From NCBI GenBank assembly GCA_037144155.1, contig JBAWXH010000008.1, forward strand, positions 28,261-92,260: DNA of 64,000 bases, in the 5' to 3' direction. The DNA is from Planctomycetota bacterium (GTDB taxonomy: Bacteria; Planctomycetota; Planctomycetia; Pirellulales; Pirellulaceae). The notes below the pieces were generated by a model. That model had not been told where the DNA came from. It worked only from the letters and a program-made list of their open reading frames with translations, and made no database searches. A program made the translations under genes and the position numbers. Below are positions 8,105-18,762 of the stretch, in pieces; the first letter of the stretch is position 1; each line of letters opens with the position of its first letter.

Positions 8105-10420
8105 CTATGTGGATCCTCGGACTTTACCAAACGGACTCAGCAGAAGGGCGGGGAGAAGGACCAAATCACCCAGAATGGAACTGCCGATCATCGCGATCAT
8201 CAAGATCGCAAACTGGCGCGTGGGATTGAACTCGGCCAATAAGAATGGGAGCATCGAGCAACAACTGATGAGCATCGTGTGCACCATCGCTTTCGCGCAA
8301 TTGGAGAAAGTATCCGCAATCGCTTCTTGACGCGTATCCCCCGCTGCCAATCTCCGCGAATACCAATTCACGAAATGCAATGTATCGTTGACCGCGATTC
8401 CCATCGCCACACTCGCTGTCAGGATCCCTGCGATATCGATGGAATACCCCAACCAAGCCATCGATCCGAAAACAATCGTTTCTGGAAGAACGTTTGGAAT
8501 CATGATCAATAATCCCGCTCGCACGCCGCGCGCGATCAACATCATGACGGGTGTGATCAAGAAAAATGCCGTCGTAAAACTGGATCCCAAGTCGCTCAAC
8601 AAGGCTAATTGCGTATCGTGCATCATCGGCGACAGGCCCGTATATTCAGCAAGGAAGGGCTCGTAATCGATGTCAGGTTCCGTCTCTTCGGACGACTCCT
8701 CATCGGTTGGATGCTGAATAGAATCCACCGTCGTGCGCACTCGATCCGTTAGTTCGCCATAGTTGAGTCGCGACAAGGCGGTTACTTTGGCGGTAATCCT
8801 CCATGTCCGGTCCCCTTCATGCGCCGCCACCAATCCTCGTTCTTCCAGCATCGGCAAGTTTCTGGTCAGTTCATTTTTCAATACGCGACGCTTGGCAACA
8901 TCCCGCACCCTGCCACCGGTCGGCAGTTTGGGAAGAAACGTCGTGGCGGACAATACTCCCCCAATTTCATCATTCGATCGCAAAGCGGCTGTGACGCGCT
9001 CGACCCATTCGACTTGATGATAGACATCGGTTTTTTCGGAATTTGGAAATCGCAACAGGACTTCGACGGACGCAACGGGACCCAAGTGCTCTTCAATCCA
9101 CGCCATCGATTGGACAGTTTCGCTCTTCTTGGGAAACATGTCATCGAATTTCGTCGAGGACTTGAGATGGAGTAGCCCGTAAAAGCTGAACAGGATCAGC
9201 CCGATACCGCCGGCACAAATGGCCCAAGTGTGACGATGGATCCAAGCCGTATATTGAATCGCCCAGGGCGCGATCGGTGCCGAATCTTCGTGGAGAACTG
9301 GGGACTTGCCGTCTGTCGAAGGCTGATCATCGAGCGAAACATCTTTGGCATGCCGGCGGAGGAACTCCTTGCGACAAAGCCAATCCGACAGTTGCGGAAA
9401 TGCAAGAAGAAGTACGACGGTGGCAAAGCATAAGGTAATCGCGGAATAGATACCAAACGTTCGCACCGGCGCCAGTTGACTGGTCGCCAAAGCGGCCATC
9501 CCCAGGGCTGTGGTGAGCGTCGCCAAGACGCTCGGCTTGAGACCTAACAGGATGGAACGTGCACCCAGGTAGTCGCGATGGGAATAGGCGACATCGCCGT
9601 AATAATTCATGAAGTGAACTGCCGCTGACAAGGTCAGCATGAATACCAATGTCGGCAACACGATCAACACCGCGCTGAACTCGCCTCCGGTCGCTGTCAC
9701 GAAAGCTACCGCGATCAATTGACCTACCCCTGCAATCAACAGGACCGCGATCGCGCCACGAAGGCTTCGGAGACACAGCCAAGCCAATACAATCCCAAGG
9801 ATACTGGAAGGAATCACGAGCTTTTTGAGACTCTGCTCGGCCGCGCGATCGACGGAATACCCTTCGTACACGGATCCCACCATCCGCAATTGGTCCCGCC
9901 CTAATCCCTCGACGCGATCGGCCGCTGTTCTGACGAATTCCACAGATCGGTTCTGCTGCGCGACTCCATAGGGTGAGAAGCGAATGAAGGTGGCGGCCGT
10001 TCCATCCTCTCCGATGATGGAACCTCGCAATCGATTCATGGCTGTCTTTTCGGACAAAGACAGCGGTGATCGGGTCAGTTCTTGGAGTACATCGGCACTT
10101 GTCTGCCAAGAGTCCATCAAAGGCTCTTCGATGGGATTCAGTCGCAGCAATTGTTCTTTGAAGGCTGCCAACCTCGGATCATCGACGCGGCATCCCGGCC
10201 AGGAGGCAATCAAATATTGATCGGACCCGAAATCGCGCACAAAGCCTTCGTAACGGATGCGCTCGACGCGTCCTTCCGGAAGCCATGCATGGGCCGATGC
10301 CGATCCGATCCTGATACCACTGGCGATGAACGCAACAAGAGGCAAGCACAAAGCGATGACCAAAATCGACCAGCGCGAGAGGGTATGGAGCTGTTCGACC
10401 GTTTTCTGAGTTGGCGACAA
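8105..10420 (-). CDS. MMPL/RND-family membrane transporter
   Basis: Two clusters of TM helices with periplasmic loops, GIAVNDTLHF motif. TTG start at 10420 is a guess (ORF track extends to 10567). Confidence 0.85.
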   Translation of the reverse strand: MSPTQKTVEQLHTLSRWSILVIALCLPLVAFIASGIRIGSASAHAWLPEGRVERIRYEGFVRDFGSDQYLIASWPGCRVDDPRLAAFKEQLLRLNPIEEPLMDSWQTSADVLQELTRSPLSLSEKTAMNRLRGSIIGEDGTAATFIRFSPYGVAQQNRSVEFVRTAADRVEGLGRDQLRMVGSVYEGYSVDRAAEQSLKKLVIPSSILGIVLAWLCLRSLRGAIAVLLIAGVGQLIAVAFVTATGGEFSAVLIVLPTLVFMLTLSAAVHFMNYYGDVAYSHRDYLGARSILLGLKPSVLATLTTALGMAALATSQLAPVRTFGIYSAITLCFATVVLLLAFPQLSDWLCRKEFLRRHAKDVSLDDQPSTDGKSPVLHEDSAPIAPWAIQYTAWIHRHTWAICAGGIGLILFSFYGLLHLKSSTKFDDMFPKKSETVQSMAWIEEHLGPVASVEVLLRFPNSEKTDVYHQVEWVERVTAALRSNDEIGGVLSATTFLPKLPTGGRVRDVAKRRVLKNELTRNLPMLEERGLVAAHEGDRTWRITAKVTALSRLNYGELTDRVRTTVDSIQHPTDEESSEETEPDIDYEPFLAEYTGLSPMMHDTQLALLSDLGSSFTTAFFLITPVMMLIARGVRAGLLIMIPNVLPETIVFGSMAWLGYSIDIAGILTASVAMGIAVNDTLHFVNWYSRRLAAGDTRQEAIADTFSNCAKAMVHTMLISCCSMLPFLLAEFNPTRQFAILMIAMIGSSILGDLVLLPALLLSPFGKVRGST

Positions 10421-10789
10421 TCCCACACCTGCCTGAAAGGAATTCGATTGCGTTCGCCGACCGCAATAGACCCTGAGAGGTCGAAGACGGACAACCGCAA
10501 ACCATCCAATGTAATCCGGACGGTCCACGTGCAGTAGATATCCTCGACCTTTTGCGGTCGATCGCATTGCGATGGAGACTTTGGAATCTCAGAATGCTAG
10601 GAAAAATAACGTCGGACCATTTCAAGGGGATCGAACGAACAGGCTCCGAAAAGATGCCCCTAGAACGACCTATTCCGCGCAGCCCGCTTCAATTGGGCAG
10701 GACTTCTACTCCAATCGCTCCGTCAGATTACCGTTCTTACATGCTACACTAGTATCAGGTCGTGCAGTCAACTCAATAGACCGTTTCAT

Positions 10790-11515
10790 TTGTCAATTAC
10801 CATGGCTTCTTGGACACAAAGAAATTTTCGTTGGATTTGGATCATGGCTAGCGTGTTTCTAATATTCGCTGCAAGCATGACTGGGAACATCTTCCGTGCG
10901 CACCCTCGTGTACTAGCGCTCGGCGACTCGTATACGATCGGCGAATCAGTGGAAACGTCAGGGCGTTGGCCCGTTCAGATGCTCCACCTTTTGAAGAAAC
11001 AAGGAATCAATCTGGGGGAACCTCAGATCATCGCCAAAACAGGATGGACCACGGACGAACTGCAAGCAGGAATCGCTCAGGCAACGGTCCAGGACCGGTA
11101 CGAATGGGTCACGCTTTTAATCGGTGTGAACAACCAATACCGCAAACGGGATGTGGAATCCTTTCGAAAGGACTTTCAAAGCTTGCTCGAATTTGCCATT
11201 GAGAAGGCGGATCATCGCCCTGAGAGAGTCCTCGTTCTCAGCATTCCGGATTGGGGTGTGACCCCCTTTGCGGAAGGACGCGATCGAGCGGAGATCGCTC
11301 AGCAAATCGATCGGTATAACGAGGTCAAACGAGAAGAAACGGAGCGACTGCACGCACACTTTATCGATATAACGGATATTACACGAGAAGCCAACGACAA
11401 GCCCCAGGAACTGCTAGCGAGCGACGGATTGCATCCATCGGGCGCAATGTACTTGCGATGGGCGGAACGGGCTGCAAAAATCATTGCCGAACCTACGAAG
11501 AATCCCAACCGCTAA
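10790..11515 (+). CDS. SGNH/GDSL hydrolase
   Basis: LALGDSYT, LLIGVNN, DGLHP catalytic blocks. Confidence 0.9.
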   Translation: MSITMASWTQRNFRWIWIMASVFLIFAASMTGNIFRAHPRVLALGDSYTIGESVETSGRWPVQMLHLLKKQGINLGEPQIIAKTGWTTDELQAGIAQATVQDRYEWVTLLIGVNNQYRKRDVESFRKDFQSLLEFAIEKADHRPERVLVLSIPDWGVTPFAEGRDRAEIAQQIDRYNEVKREETERLHAHFIDITDITREANDKPQELLASDGLHPSGAMYLRWAERAAKIIAEPTKNPNR

Positions 11516-11569
11516 GCCCTTCCGTCAACGAATTTGCCCAGTCGACATCCGCCGTCGCATCTGTCGCAT

Positions 11570-12808
11570 CTAGGTAACCCCATTGCGACTAGGAGGGTGA
11601 TTGCGAAAGGATTGATCGCGAACGGAAGTCTCGAGAGCGTCGACGGCTGACTCGATCTCTCCGATTACCGTATACAACGGTGTGATGCCAAATCGAATCG
11701 TGCTCGGTTCCCGAAAATCTGGAATCACCTTGAACCGCTGTATCAAGTCTTGCGTGATCTGCCACGCATTCGGATGTGCCAAAGAAATATGAGACCCTCT
11801 CATGGCCGGGTCACGAGGGGTCTGAAGGGAAAAACCTAGTGGCTCTAGCCGCAAATCGATCCATTCAATGAATCGTTCGGATAATTCCAGCGACCGTTCG
11901 CGCAAGGAATCGATGCCCGCTTCGAGAACCAGATCAACTCCCGGCTCGATGGCAGAAAGGGATAGGATAGGGGGTGTTCCGACAGTGAAACGATCAATTC
12001 CCGGATTCGGCACGTATCGCGTCGAAAAGTCAAATGGGCGATCCGCGCCGAACCACCCTTGGATCGGGTTGTGCAGGAGTGGCTGAAGGTCCTGACGCAT
12101 CATCAGGAAAGCTGGTGCACCCGGTCCACCATTCAAATACTTGTAGGTACAACCGACGGCAGCATCGACCCGCGCCTCTCCCAATGCAATAGGCATAGCC
12201 CCAACGCTATGACTGACATCCCACAGTATCCTGGCTCCTTTGGCATGTGCCAACCGCGTGATGGCACCTACATCAAACGCATAGCCACTCTTGAAGTGAA
12301 CGTGGGATAATGAGACGAGGGCTGTATCGCTATCGATCGCTCGATCCAATGCTTGAAAAACTTCTCGATGGTTTGGCACGGGCAAATCGATGACCCGAAC
12401 TTGGTACGGTCGATCGCAAAGCTTGGAGATCCCGTCGAGGATGTAGATATCCGTAGGGAAGTTGGTGGCATCGGTGATGATCGTGGTTCGAGTTCCACAA
12501 TCCTGCAGCAATGCCCAAGCCAATTTGAACATATTCACGGATGTCGAATCGCAAACCACCGTTTCGCCCGTTTCCACGCCAATCAATCGCCCGATTTTGT
12601 CCCCGATTCGGCGGGCTAGGGCCAGCCAGTGACGGTTCCATCCGCCGATCAGTTCTGTCCCCCACTGCTGATGAATCACTTGTTGCAAATGGGTAACTGT
12701 GGCTCGAGGAAGTCGCCCGAGCGAGTTTCCATCGAGATAGATCAAGCCCGGATCCTCGATGACGAAACGTTCGCGATAGGGATTGTGATCGAGAAATGAG
12801 GTTTTCAT
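11570..12808 (-). CDS. kynU: Kynureninase
   Basis: IYLDGNSLG, WDVSHSVGA, VGCTYKYLNGGPGAP, RGSHISL, PDFREP..IRFG. Confidence 0.92.
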   Translation of the reverse strand: MKTSFLDHNPYRERFVIEDPGLIYLDGNSLGRLPRATVTHLQQVIHQQWGTELIGGWNRHWLALARRIGDKIGRLIGVETGETVVCDSTSVNMFKLAWALLQDCGTRTTIITDATNFPTDIYILDGISKLCDRPYQVRVIDLPVPNHREVFQALDRAIDSDTALVSLSHVHFKSGYAFDVGAITRLAHAKGARILWDVSHSVGAMPIALGEARVDAAVGCTYKYLNGGPGAPAFLMMRQDLQPLLHNPIQGWFGADRPFDFSTRYVPNPGIDRFTVGTPPILSLSAIEPGVDLVLEAGIDSLRERSLELSERFIEWIDLRLEPLGFSLQTPRDPAMRGSHISLAHPNAWQITQDLIQRFKVIPDFREPSTIRFGITPLYTVIGEIESAVDALETSVRDQSFRNHPPSRNGVT

Positions 12809-12950
12809 GAGTTATTTGGTTGATTCAAAGTCCTAGGATACGGAAGTATATTGCAAGGCGAGACTCCTACCTAGTCATAGGTTGTAACCTTCGTAGCCGT
12901 TGAGCAACCCCGCAACGGAATGCGTACTCTTCTTACCGAAAGCCCTTACG

Positions 12951-14009
12951 ATGATGACTTCGCGACGAACATGGCTAACAGGTCTCACAGCCGCAGCCTC
13001 GATGACGATATCCCGTACTTCTTCCGCGAGCACAAAAGATCCGATTCGCGTTGGGCAAATTGGTGTTGGCCATGGGCACGCTTCGAAATTATCCGTCTAT
13101 CGTCAATCGAGCGACTATGAAGTCGTCGGGATCGTAGAAGCGGATCCGGCGTTACGAGCCAAGGCTGAGAAAGCACCCGCCTTCCAAGGCGTGCCTTGGA
13201 TGTCGGAGGAACAGTTATTGCAAACGCCGGGTTTACAGGCCGTACTGGTAGAAACATCTCCGGCTGAATGCTTGGATGTCGCCGAGCTATGTATCGATGC
13301 AGGTTTGCATGTCCATTTGGACAAACCCGCCGGCGAATCCATCGAACAGTATGAAAGGATATTGAAACAGGCCGCAACGAAACGATTGATGGTGCAGATG
13401 GGCTACATGTTTCGATACAACCCAGGATTCTTACTGCTCGAAGATCTACTCCGGGAGGAGGTGTTGGGAGAAATCTTTGAAGTGCACGGAGTCATGAGCA
13501 AAGTCGTCGACCCAGAAAATCGTACACGGCATGCACGCTTCCCTGGGGGCATGATGTTTGAACTGGGTTGTCATCTGGTGGATTTGGTAGTCCGCATCTT
13601 AGGCGCTCCCACTCAAGTCTCCTCTTTCTCGCAAACCTCCTCGCGAGCTCAGGACAAATTAGCGGATAATATGCTGTCGGTTCTGACTTATCCGCATACG
13701 ATTGCAACGATCAAATCCTCTGCCCTGGAAGTCGAAGGGTTTGCAAGGCGGCATCTAGTGGTTTGTGGTAGTCGTGGAACTTTTCACATGCAACCGCTCG
13801 ACCAACCGACGGTCAATCTGACATTGACCCATGCCGTGGGAGAATATCGGGTTGGTGAAAACAAGCGATCCTTTCCTCCCTTTGAACGCTATGTGGCCGA
13901 TGCGATGCAGATGGCGCACGTGATTCGAGGGGAATCTGAAGTCGACTACGATGCTTCGCACGATCGGCTCGTCCAACGCACACTGCTTCAGGCCTGTGGT
14001 TTGCGATAA
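12951..14009 (+). CDS. Gfo/Idh/MocA oxidoreductase with Tat-like signal
   Basis: SRRTWL leader, GQIGVGHGHA, HVHLDKP, GGMMFELGCHLVD. Confidence 0.88.
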   Translation: MMTSRRTWLTGLTAAASMTISRTSSASTKDPIRVGQIGVGHGHASKLSVYRQSSDYEVVGIVEADPALRAKAEKAPAFQGVPWMSEEQLLQTPGLQAVLVETSPAECLDVAELCIDAGLHVHLDKPAGESIEQYERILKQAATKRLMVQMGYMFRYNPGFLLLEDLLREEVLGEIFEVHGVMSKVVDPENRTRHARFPGGMMFELGCHLVDLVVRILGAPTQVSSFSQTSSRAQDKLADNMLSVLTYPHTIATIKSSALEVEGFARRHLVVCGSRGTFHMQPLDQPTVNLTLTHAVGEYRVGENKRSFPPFERYVADAMQMAHVIRGESEVDYDASHDRLVQRTLLQACGLR

Positions 14010-14027
14010 AAACGGCGTTATGACGAA

Positions 14028-16655
14028 TCATTGTTTGGTAAGAAATGCCATGAGATCGCGGAGTTCCAGATCGGTCATTTGGTGGGCCAGGCCGGTTGGC
14101 ATGAGGGAACTTCGAAGCTCTTTGCGACCGACGATGTCTACCTTTTGAAAAGTGACTTCATCCCCATGGTTGTCGCGGTAGACCTCATTGCTGGAGGATC
14201 GCAATAAGATCCCCGTAAACGTGGAACTATCCTCCAAGTCTAAATAGGTCGAATAAAATTGCGGCGCTACATTCCGGTTGGGTTCGAGGATTGAGTCCAG
14301 AATGTCGCGATAGGATCCTTGTTCATGTACGAAACTAAGATCTGGACCAACAACATTTCCTCGACCATCGTAACGATGACACTGACTGCACGCAGCTGTG
14401 CCTGACGAGAAGAAGACCCGCCGTCCCGCGTCGTGATCGGCTTGTCCTGGCAGCGATTTCAGTCGTTCCACCACCACGTCCGTCGCCATGGTTTCGGGAC
14501 TCCGATTCGTTAACAACTGTGGGTCTTTGATCGCCTCAATCATCACAGCAAACTCGGGATGCGAAGCTACGGCGAGCTTGAGCGGTTCCTCGTCGTCCAA
14601 TTTAGCGATCGGGTGCCGCAAGGCCCTCAAAGATTCCTTGAGAACCTTTGGTGATGCGTTGGGAAGTTGCTTCACGATGGCGTCGCGCTGAGCAGGATCA
14701 TCGGTTCCGATGAAGCCAATCAATGCCTCGGCTCGAAGATCGTCACTTGCCGATGGATCGTTGAAGATTTGCAATAGTGCATTTTGTACCTCGGGTTGCC
14801 GTTTCATAACCAGTGTCCGAATGGCTTCCAATTGAAGCATCGGGTTCCGGCTTTGATACCATTGCAATAGAAGTGGGATGGTTAGTTTTTCATGGTTCGG
14901 CGAAACCATGCGCAACAAATACGCGCGCGCCGCAGGTGGAGTGGAAGGCCCCAAGAGACGGTCGATCAAGGAAGCCTGATCGGTCACTCCGGCTTCGGGT
15001 TTTCCCTTCAGTGTGTTGGAAGCGGCCAGAGCCGCTTCGAACAATCGATAATCCAGATTAGGTTCGTTGAGCAGCGATTCGACTTTGGGCAAAAACTCTT
15101 TCAATTCTCCATCTGCGATCCATCGCAAACATTCGAAACGCAATTCCGGATTTTTATCATCCCATAAGAATTTTACCCACTTGGGATCCTTTAAATTGGT
15201 GCGCCGTAATGCGACCAGAGCCCATACTCGGTCTTCGGATGATAGAGCCCGGAGAGTTTCGGTGTTCCAGGAATTGCTTTGGATCGCCATGGCTGTCAAT
15301 GCTGCATCCGCCAAGGTCCGGTCTTTGGATTTGGCGATCTGCAAAAGTTCCGCAAGGTTCTTTTTGACTCTTCCCTGACGCAGCTCTTCAGCCAATTTTG
15401 CTTCGGCGGTGAGAGGTTCACGCTCCATTTGTAACCAAGGTGCTTGCTCACGATCGATCTCCAGTTTCCATAATCTTCCCATCCCGTGTACTTGGTAGGA
15501 CGGCGAAACCCAATCGGTCATATAGAAGGCTCCGTCCGGTCCGAGCGCTAGGCAAACCGGTCGAAAATAATCGCTCCCTCGAAGCAGCTCGATTCTCTCC
15601 GAAGTCAGAGTGGCACCCTTCCAATGCAGAGGGAAGAAATCGATGCAATGGTTGCTCCAGGAGGGAACGAGGACACCACCCCCAAGCTCAACCACCGAGC
15701 AAGGTCCTTCGCTGCAAGAATGAATCATTCCGAGAGTTCCTCGCAATTCGCCATTCCATGCCACAAAGGGATGCACGGGAGCGCTCCCGTAGATGTACTG
15801 GAAGCCGTAGTCCCCACGTTCAACGACATGCAACAACCTGCACGGAGGTCGGCTACCAGGATCATTCTCGGCGGCGAACATGTTTCCATCGCTGCGCATC
15901 ATCAATCCGAAAGGATTCCAAAAACCGCGCGCGACGCGGCGCAAGCCATTCCCTTCGCGCGTGACGTGGAAGACTCCTCCTTCTCCCTTTCCAGCAAGCT
16001 TGCGATTGTCGGCTCCTCGCAAAGTCCAGTCTTTCCCGAAGTTCTCACCAAGGGAAAACAGCAAGCCTCCATCGTTGTGCCACGCCATACCGCTCAATCC
16101 GTTGTGTGGGTAGTCGGCAAGGGTATCGAGCGTAGCGATGGTCTGCTCTACGTCCCCCACACCGTCCCCATTGGTGTCTTTGACACGGAGGATGCGATCG
16201 CGCTGTGCCAAGTAAACCCATCCATCTTTGGCGAGCAAGAGTTGCATCGTGGTCTTGGTCTTCTCATAGAAAACATGCCGGTTTTTCCCATCCCGGTCGA
16301 AGACCAGTATTTGATCCTTGCGTGGACCTGCGTAGCCATCGGGCGGAAAATGGGTATGGCATGCGATCAAATAAATGCGCCCTTCCGTATCGACATCAAT
16401 CCCAGTCGGTGTTGCCAACTGGGGGTGTTCGGCTAGTAACGTCAGTCGCACGCCGGGCTGCATGAGTTCGATCTTGGGTGCGGTTTTGTCCTCGATGCGT
16501 ACTTCTGCTTCTTGCAAACTCCAGGCGATTCGACTGGTGCTGAAGAACACCGCTAAGATGAGGAGTAACAACTCCCATGGCGACAATCGAGTGGGACTTG
16601 TACTTGGTTCGACAGACAATGGTTGGGGAGAAGCGGGTTGCATACAACTCATCAA
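14028..16655 (-). CDS. PVC-type membrane-bound dehydrogenase / heme-binding protein (beta-propeller + HEAT-like + CxxCH cytochrome c)
   Basis: Propeller with GFWNPFG and FRPV..GPDGAFYMTDW; C-terminal CSQCH..VGPDL..ILEP..SSLMP. Confidence 0.88.
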   Translation of the reverse strand: MMSCMQPASPQPLSVEPSTSPTRLSPWELLLLILAVFFSTSRIAWSLQEAEVRIEDKTAPKIELMQPGVRLTLLAEHPQLATPTGIDVDTEGRIYLIACHTHFPPDGYAGPRKDQILVFDRDGKNRHVFYEKTKTTMQLLLAKDGWVYLAQRDRILRVKDTNGDGVGDVEQTIATLDTLADYPHNGLSGMAWHNDGGLLFSLGENFGKDWTLRGADNRKLAGKGEGGVFHVTREGNGLRRVARGFWNPFGLMMRSDGNMFAAENDPGSRPPCRLLHVVERGDYGFQYIYGSAPVHPFVAWNGELRGTLGMIHSCSEGPCSVVELGGGVLVPSWSNHCIDFFPLHWKGATLTSERIELLRGSDYFRPVCLALGPDGAFYMTDWVSPSYQVHGMGRLWKLEIDREQAPWLQMEREPLTAEAKLAEELRQGRVKKNLAELLQIAKSKDRTLADAALTAMAIQSNSWNTETLRALSSEDRVWALVALRRTNLKDPKWVKFLWDDKNPELRFECLRWIADGELKEFLPKVESLLNEPNLDYRLFEAALAASNTLKGKPEAGVTDQASLIDRLLGPSTPPAARAYLLRMVSPNHEKLTIPLLLQWYQSRNPMLQLEAIRTLVMKRQPEVQNALLQIFNDPSASDDLRAEALIGFIGTDDPAQRDAIVKQLPNASPKVLKESLRALRHPIAKLDDEEPLKLAVASHPEFAVMIEAIKDPQLLTNRSPETMATDVVVERLKSLPGQADHDAGRRVFFSSGTAACSQCHRYDGRGNVVGPDLSFVHEQGSYRDILDSILEPNRNVAPQFYSTYLDLEDSSTFTGILLRSSSNEVYRDNHGDEVTFQKVDIVGRKELRSSLMPTGLAHQMTDLELRDLMAFLTKQ

Positions 16656-16855
16656 TGAAAGAAGCGTTGACAGGCCTGACGGGATCCAATCGTGAGGTAA
16701 ATCAAAACACGACGGAGGGCATCCAGTTTAAGATATTGTCAGACGGGTTGCTTCCATAAAGAAGCGGTCTTGCAAGAATGTTCAACATCAAAACCCGTGT
16801 GTCGCGGCCATGATCATCCCCCCTTCCGAATATCCAACCGTCCCATCGATAGGCT

Positions 16856-17800
16856 ATGAGATCACGAATGCACCGCTCCTATTTACCGTTTCCTGAACGA
16901 TTCTTCTCAGGCTCGGTCATACTCACTTCGATGCAGCAGTGGGCCTTCTGTGCGATATTCTTTCTCTCCACATTCTTGGGGACAGAGTTGAACAAAGCAC
17001 GCTCTCAAGAGATATCAAGCGACGTTTCGCCTCGCACCCATTTGCAATTCCCCGGAGAGCGACTCGATGAATGGCATGGATTCAAACGCCATCGATTTGA
17101 TTTTCAAGGCAACGAAGCATGGGTCGTGGAACCGCGCAAGACTCTGGAGGGGGGATGGTTTACCTGGTGTCTGATGTTCCCCGATGCGTTCACGGATCGG
17201 TGCGCTGTTCCAGCCTTACTCGAGAGAGGATTTTACCACGTCTATTTATCTGTCGGCAATTCTTTTGGTTCACCGGCCTCCGTCCAACAGTTGGCCGATT
17301 TTCATGATTTCCTGATGGAGCGCGGGTTCGCTCAAAAGGCGGTGTTGATAGGCATTAGTCGCGGAGGTTTGTACGCGCATCGCTATGCAGCGGAGCATCC
17401 TACGCGCGTCCGTGTCATCTATGGGGATGCTCCCGTACTGGACATGAAGAGTTGGCCTGGCGGACGGGGAAAAGGGAAAGGTAGTCCTTCGGATTGGGAA
17501 GCCATGAAGAATGCGTACGGTTTCACCAATGAAGACCAAGCGATTAACTACAACGGCAATCCGATCGATACGCTCGAGCCATTGGCTCAACATTCGATTG
17601 CGATTATCTACGTGTCCGGAGATGCGGACGATGTGGTCCCCATCGAGGAGAACGCACTCTTGGCGACGGAACGCTATCGCAAACTAGCGGGTACGGTAGA
17701 GCTGATTCGCAAGCCTGGTGTCGGTCATCATCCGCATGGGCTTGAGGATCCGATGCCCGTCGTCGAGTTTATTCTGCAGCACATATCCGCCTCTGAATGA
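16856..17800 (+). CDS. Alpha/beta hydrolase (secreted esterase/peptidase-like)
   Basis: GISRGG nucleophile elbow, GDADDVV Asp, GHHPHGL His. The true start may be downstream. Confidence 0.8.
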   Translation: MRSRMHRSYLPFPERFFSGSVILTSMQQWAFCAIFFLSTFLGTELNKARSQEISSDVSPRTHLQFPGERLDEWHGFKRHRFDFQGNEAWVVEPRKTLEGGWFTWCLMFPDAFTDRCAVPALLERGFYHVYLSVGNSFGSPASVQQLADFHDFLMERGFAQKAVLIGISRGGLYAHRYAAEHPTRVRVIYGDAPVLDMKSWPGGRGKGKGSPSDWEAMKNAYGFTNEDQAINYNGNPIDTLEPLAQHSIAIIYVSGDADDVVPIEENALLATERYRKLAGTVELIRKPGVGHHPHGLEDPMPVVEFILQHISASE

Positions 17801-17803
17801 GGT

Positions 17804-17980
17804 TTTTGATATGGCGCTCTTTTGGCTTCCCTCGTACTCAATGAAATGGTACTCGTACTCGTACTCGTACTCGATGCGGTTTCTTCGAGTACGAGTACCG
17901 CTATCGCTGAGTACGAGTACGAAAAGCAAGGGAAAACAGGGAATGGGGCTTCGAGACAATCGAAGATCGCAGCTTCAAAA
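17804..17980. mobile_element. MITE-like element, copy 2 (177 bp, decayed TIRs, inverted central loop)
   Basis: ttttgatatggcgc ... tcgcagcttcaaaa ends. Same AATGAAATG / GAGTAC core and AAAAGC..GGGAAAAC..GGAATGGGGCT segment as 63564-63747. Confidence 0.65.
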
Positions 17981-18054
17981 AGCGAGCTTGCGGATCGAAG
18001 TCGATTTCTAGCAAGAGATCCGATCGGGGATTGGGGCGGTCCCAACACTTCATC

Positions 18055-18762
18055 TTATCTTCGAGGGCCGGGAGGATAGGTTTGCTGACCAGGCACGTTG
18101 TACCCTTGCAATGGATATTGGGGCTGACCATTCCCTGACCCGTTTTGCGGGTAGTATCCATTAGGTTGCGCCTGATTCCACGCATTGGGTTGCTGGGGAT
18201 AGGGATTGGGCGGTGGCTGTTGGTACGCTTGGTAACCCGTTGCGGGAGGATAATTGGGGGGGACAGGGTTGTAGCTGGGCCCTTGGTAGCCCGTGTACAT
18301 CCCTTGAGGCTGTGCGGGTGCAGGATTACCAGCGTAAGGTGGGGCGCCAGCGTACGGTTGGGCGCCGGCGTACGGTGGAGCGCCAGCCGGAGAATATCCA
18401 TTCGACGTAGACGGGTAACCAGGTGCAGTCGATGGAAAGCCGTTCGAAGGCAAACCCGGCAATTGGGTACCGTTGGCTGCGGCTTGGGCTTGAACCTGCC
18501 GCCAATCAATTCCTTGGGATTGAAGATCATCGACGATCCGCTCGCGGGCTTCGTCGACTTTTTCGCGATGGAACTCCAATTGAGGCGTGCCGTTATTCCA
18601 ATCGACCGTCAGTGCTCCAGTTGCTAGCAGCCCGCTAATTGCAATAAACAGAACCTTGGACCCGAGGGGTGAGGAGGCAAGCTGGCGGATGGGAGCAGGC
18701 GCAAATATCAAAGCCGATTCGATGACTTGTTGCTGAGTGGTCTTCTTCACCGCCTTGGCCAT
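18055..18762 (-). CDS. Hypothetical membrane-anchored protein with P/Q/G/Y/N-rich low-complexity tail
   Basis: MAKAVKK start, hydrophobic VLFIAISGLLATGAL segment, GAPPYA repeats. Composition is consistent with a real protein. Confidence 0.7.
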   Translation of the reverse strand: MAKAVKKTTQQQVIESALIFAPAPIRQLASSPLGSKVLFIAISGLLATGALTVDWNNGTPQLEFHREKVDEARERIVDDLQSQGIDWRQVQAQAAANGTQLPGLPSNGFPSTAPGYPSTSNGYSPAGAPPYAGAQPYAGAPPYAGNPAPAQPQGMYTGYQGPSYNPVPPNYPPATGYQAYQQPPPNPYPQQPNAWNQAQPNGYYPQNGSGNGQPQYPLQGYNVPGQQTYPPGPRR

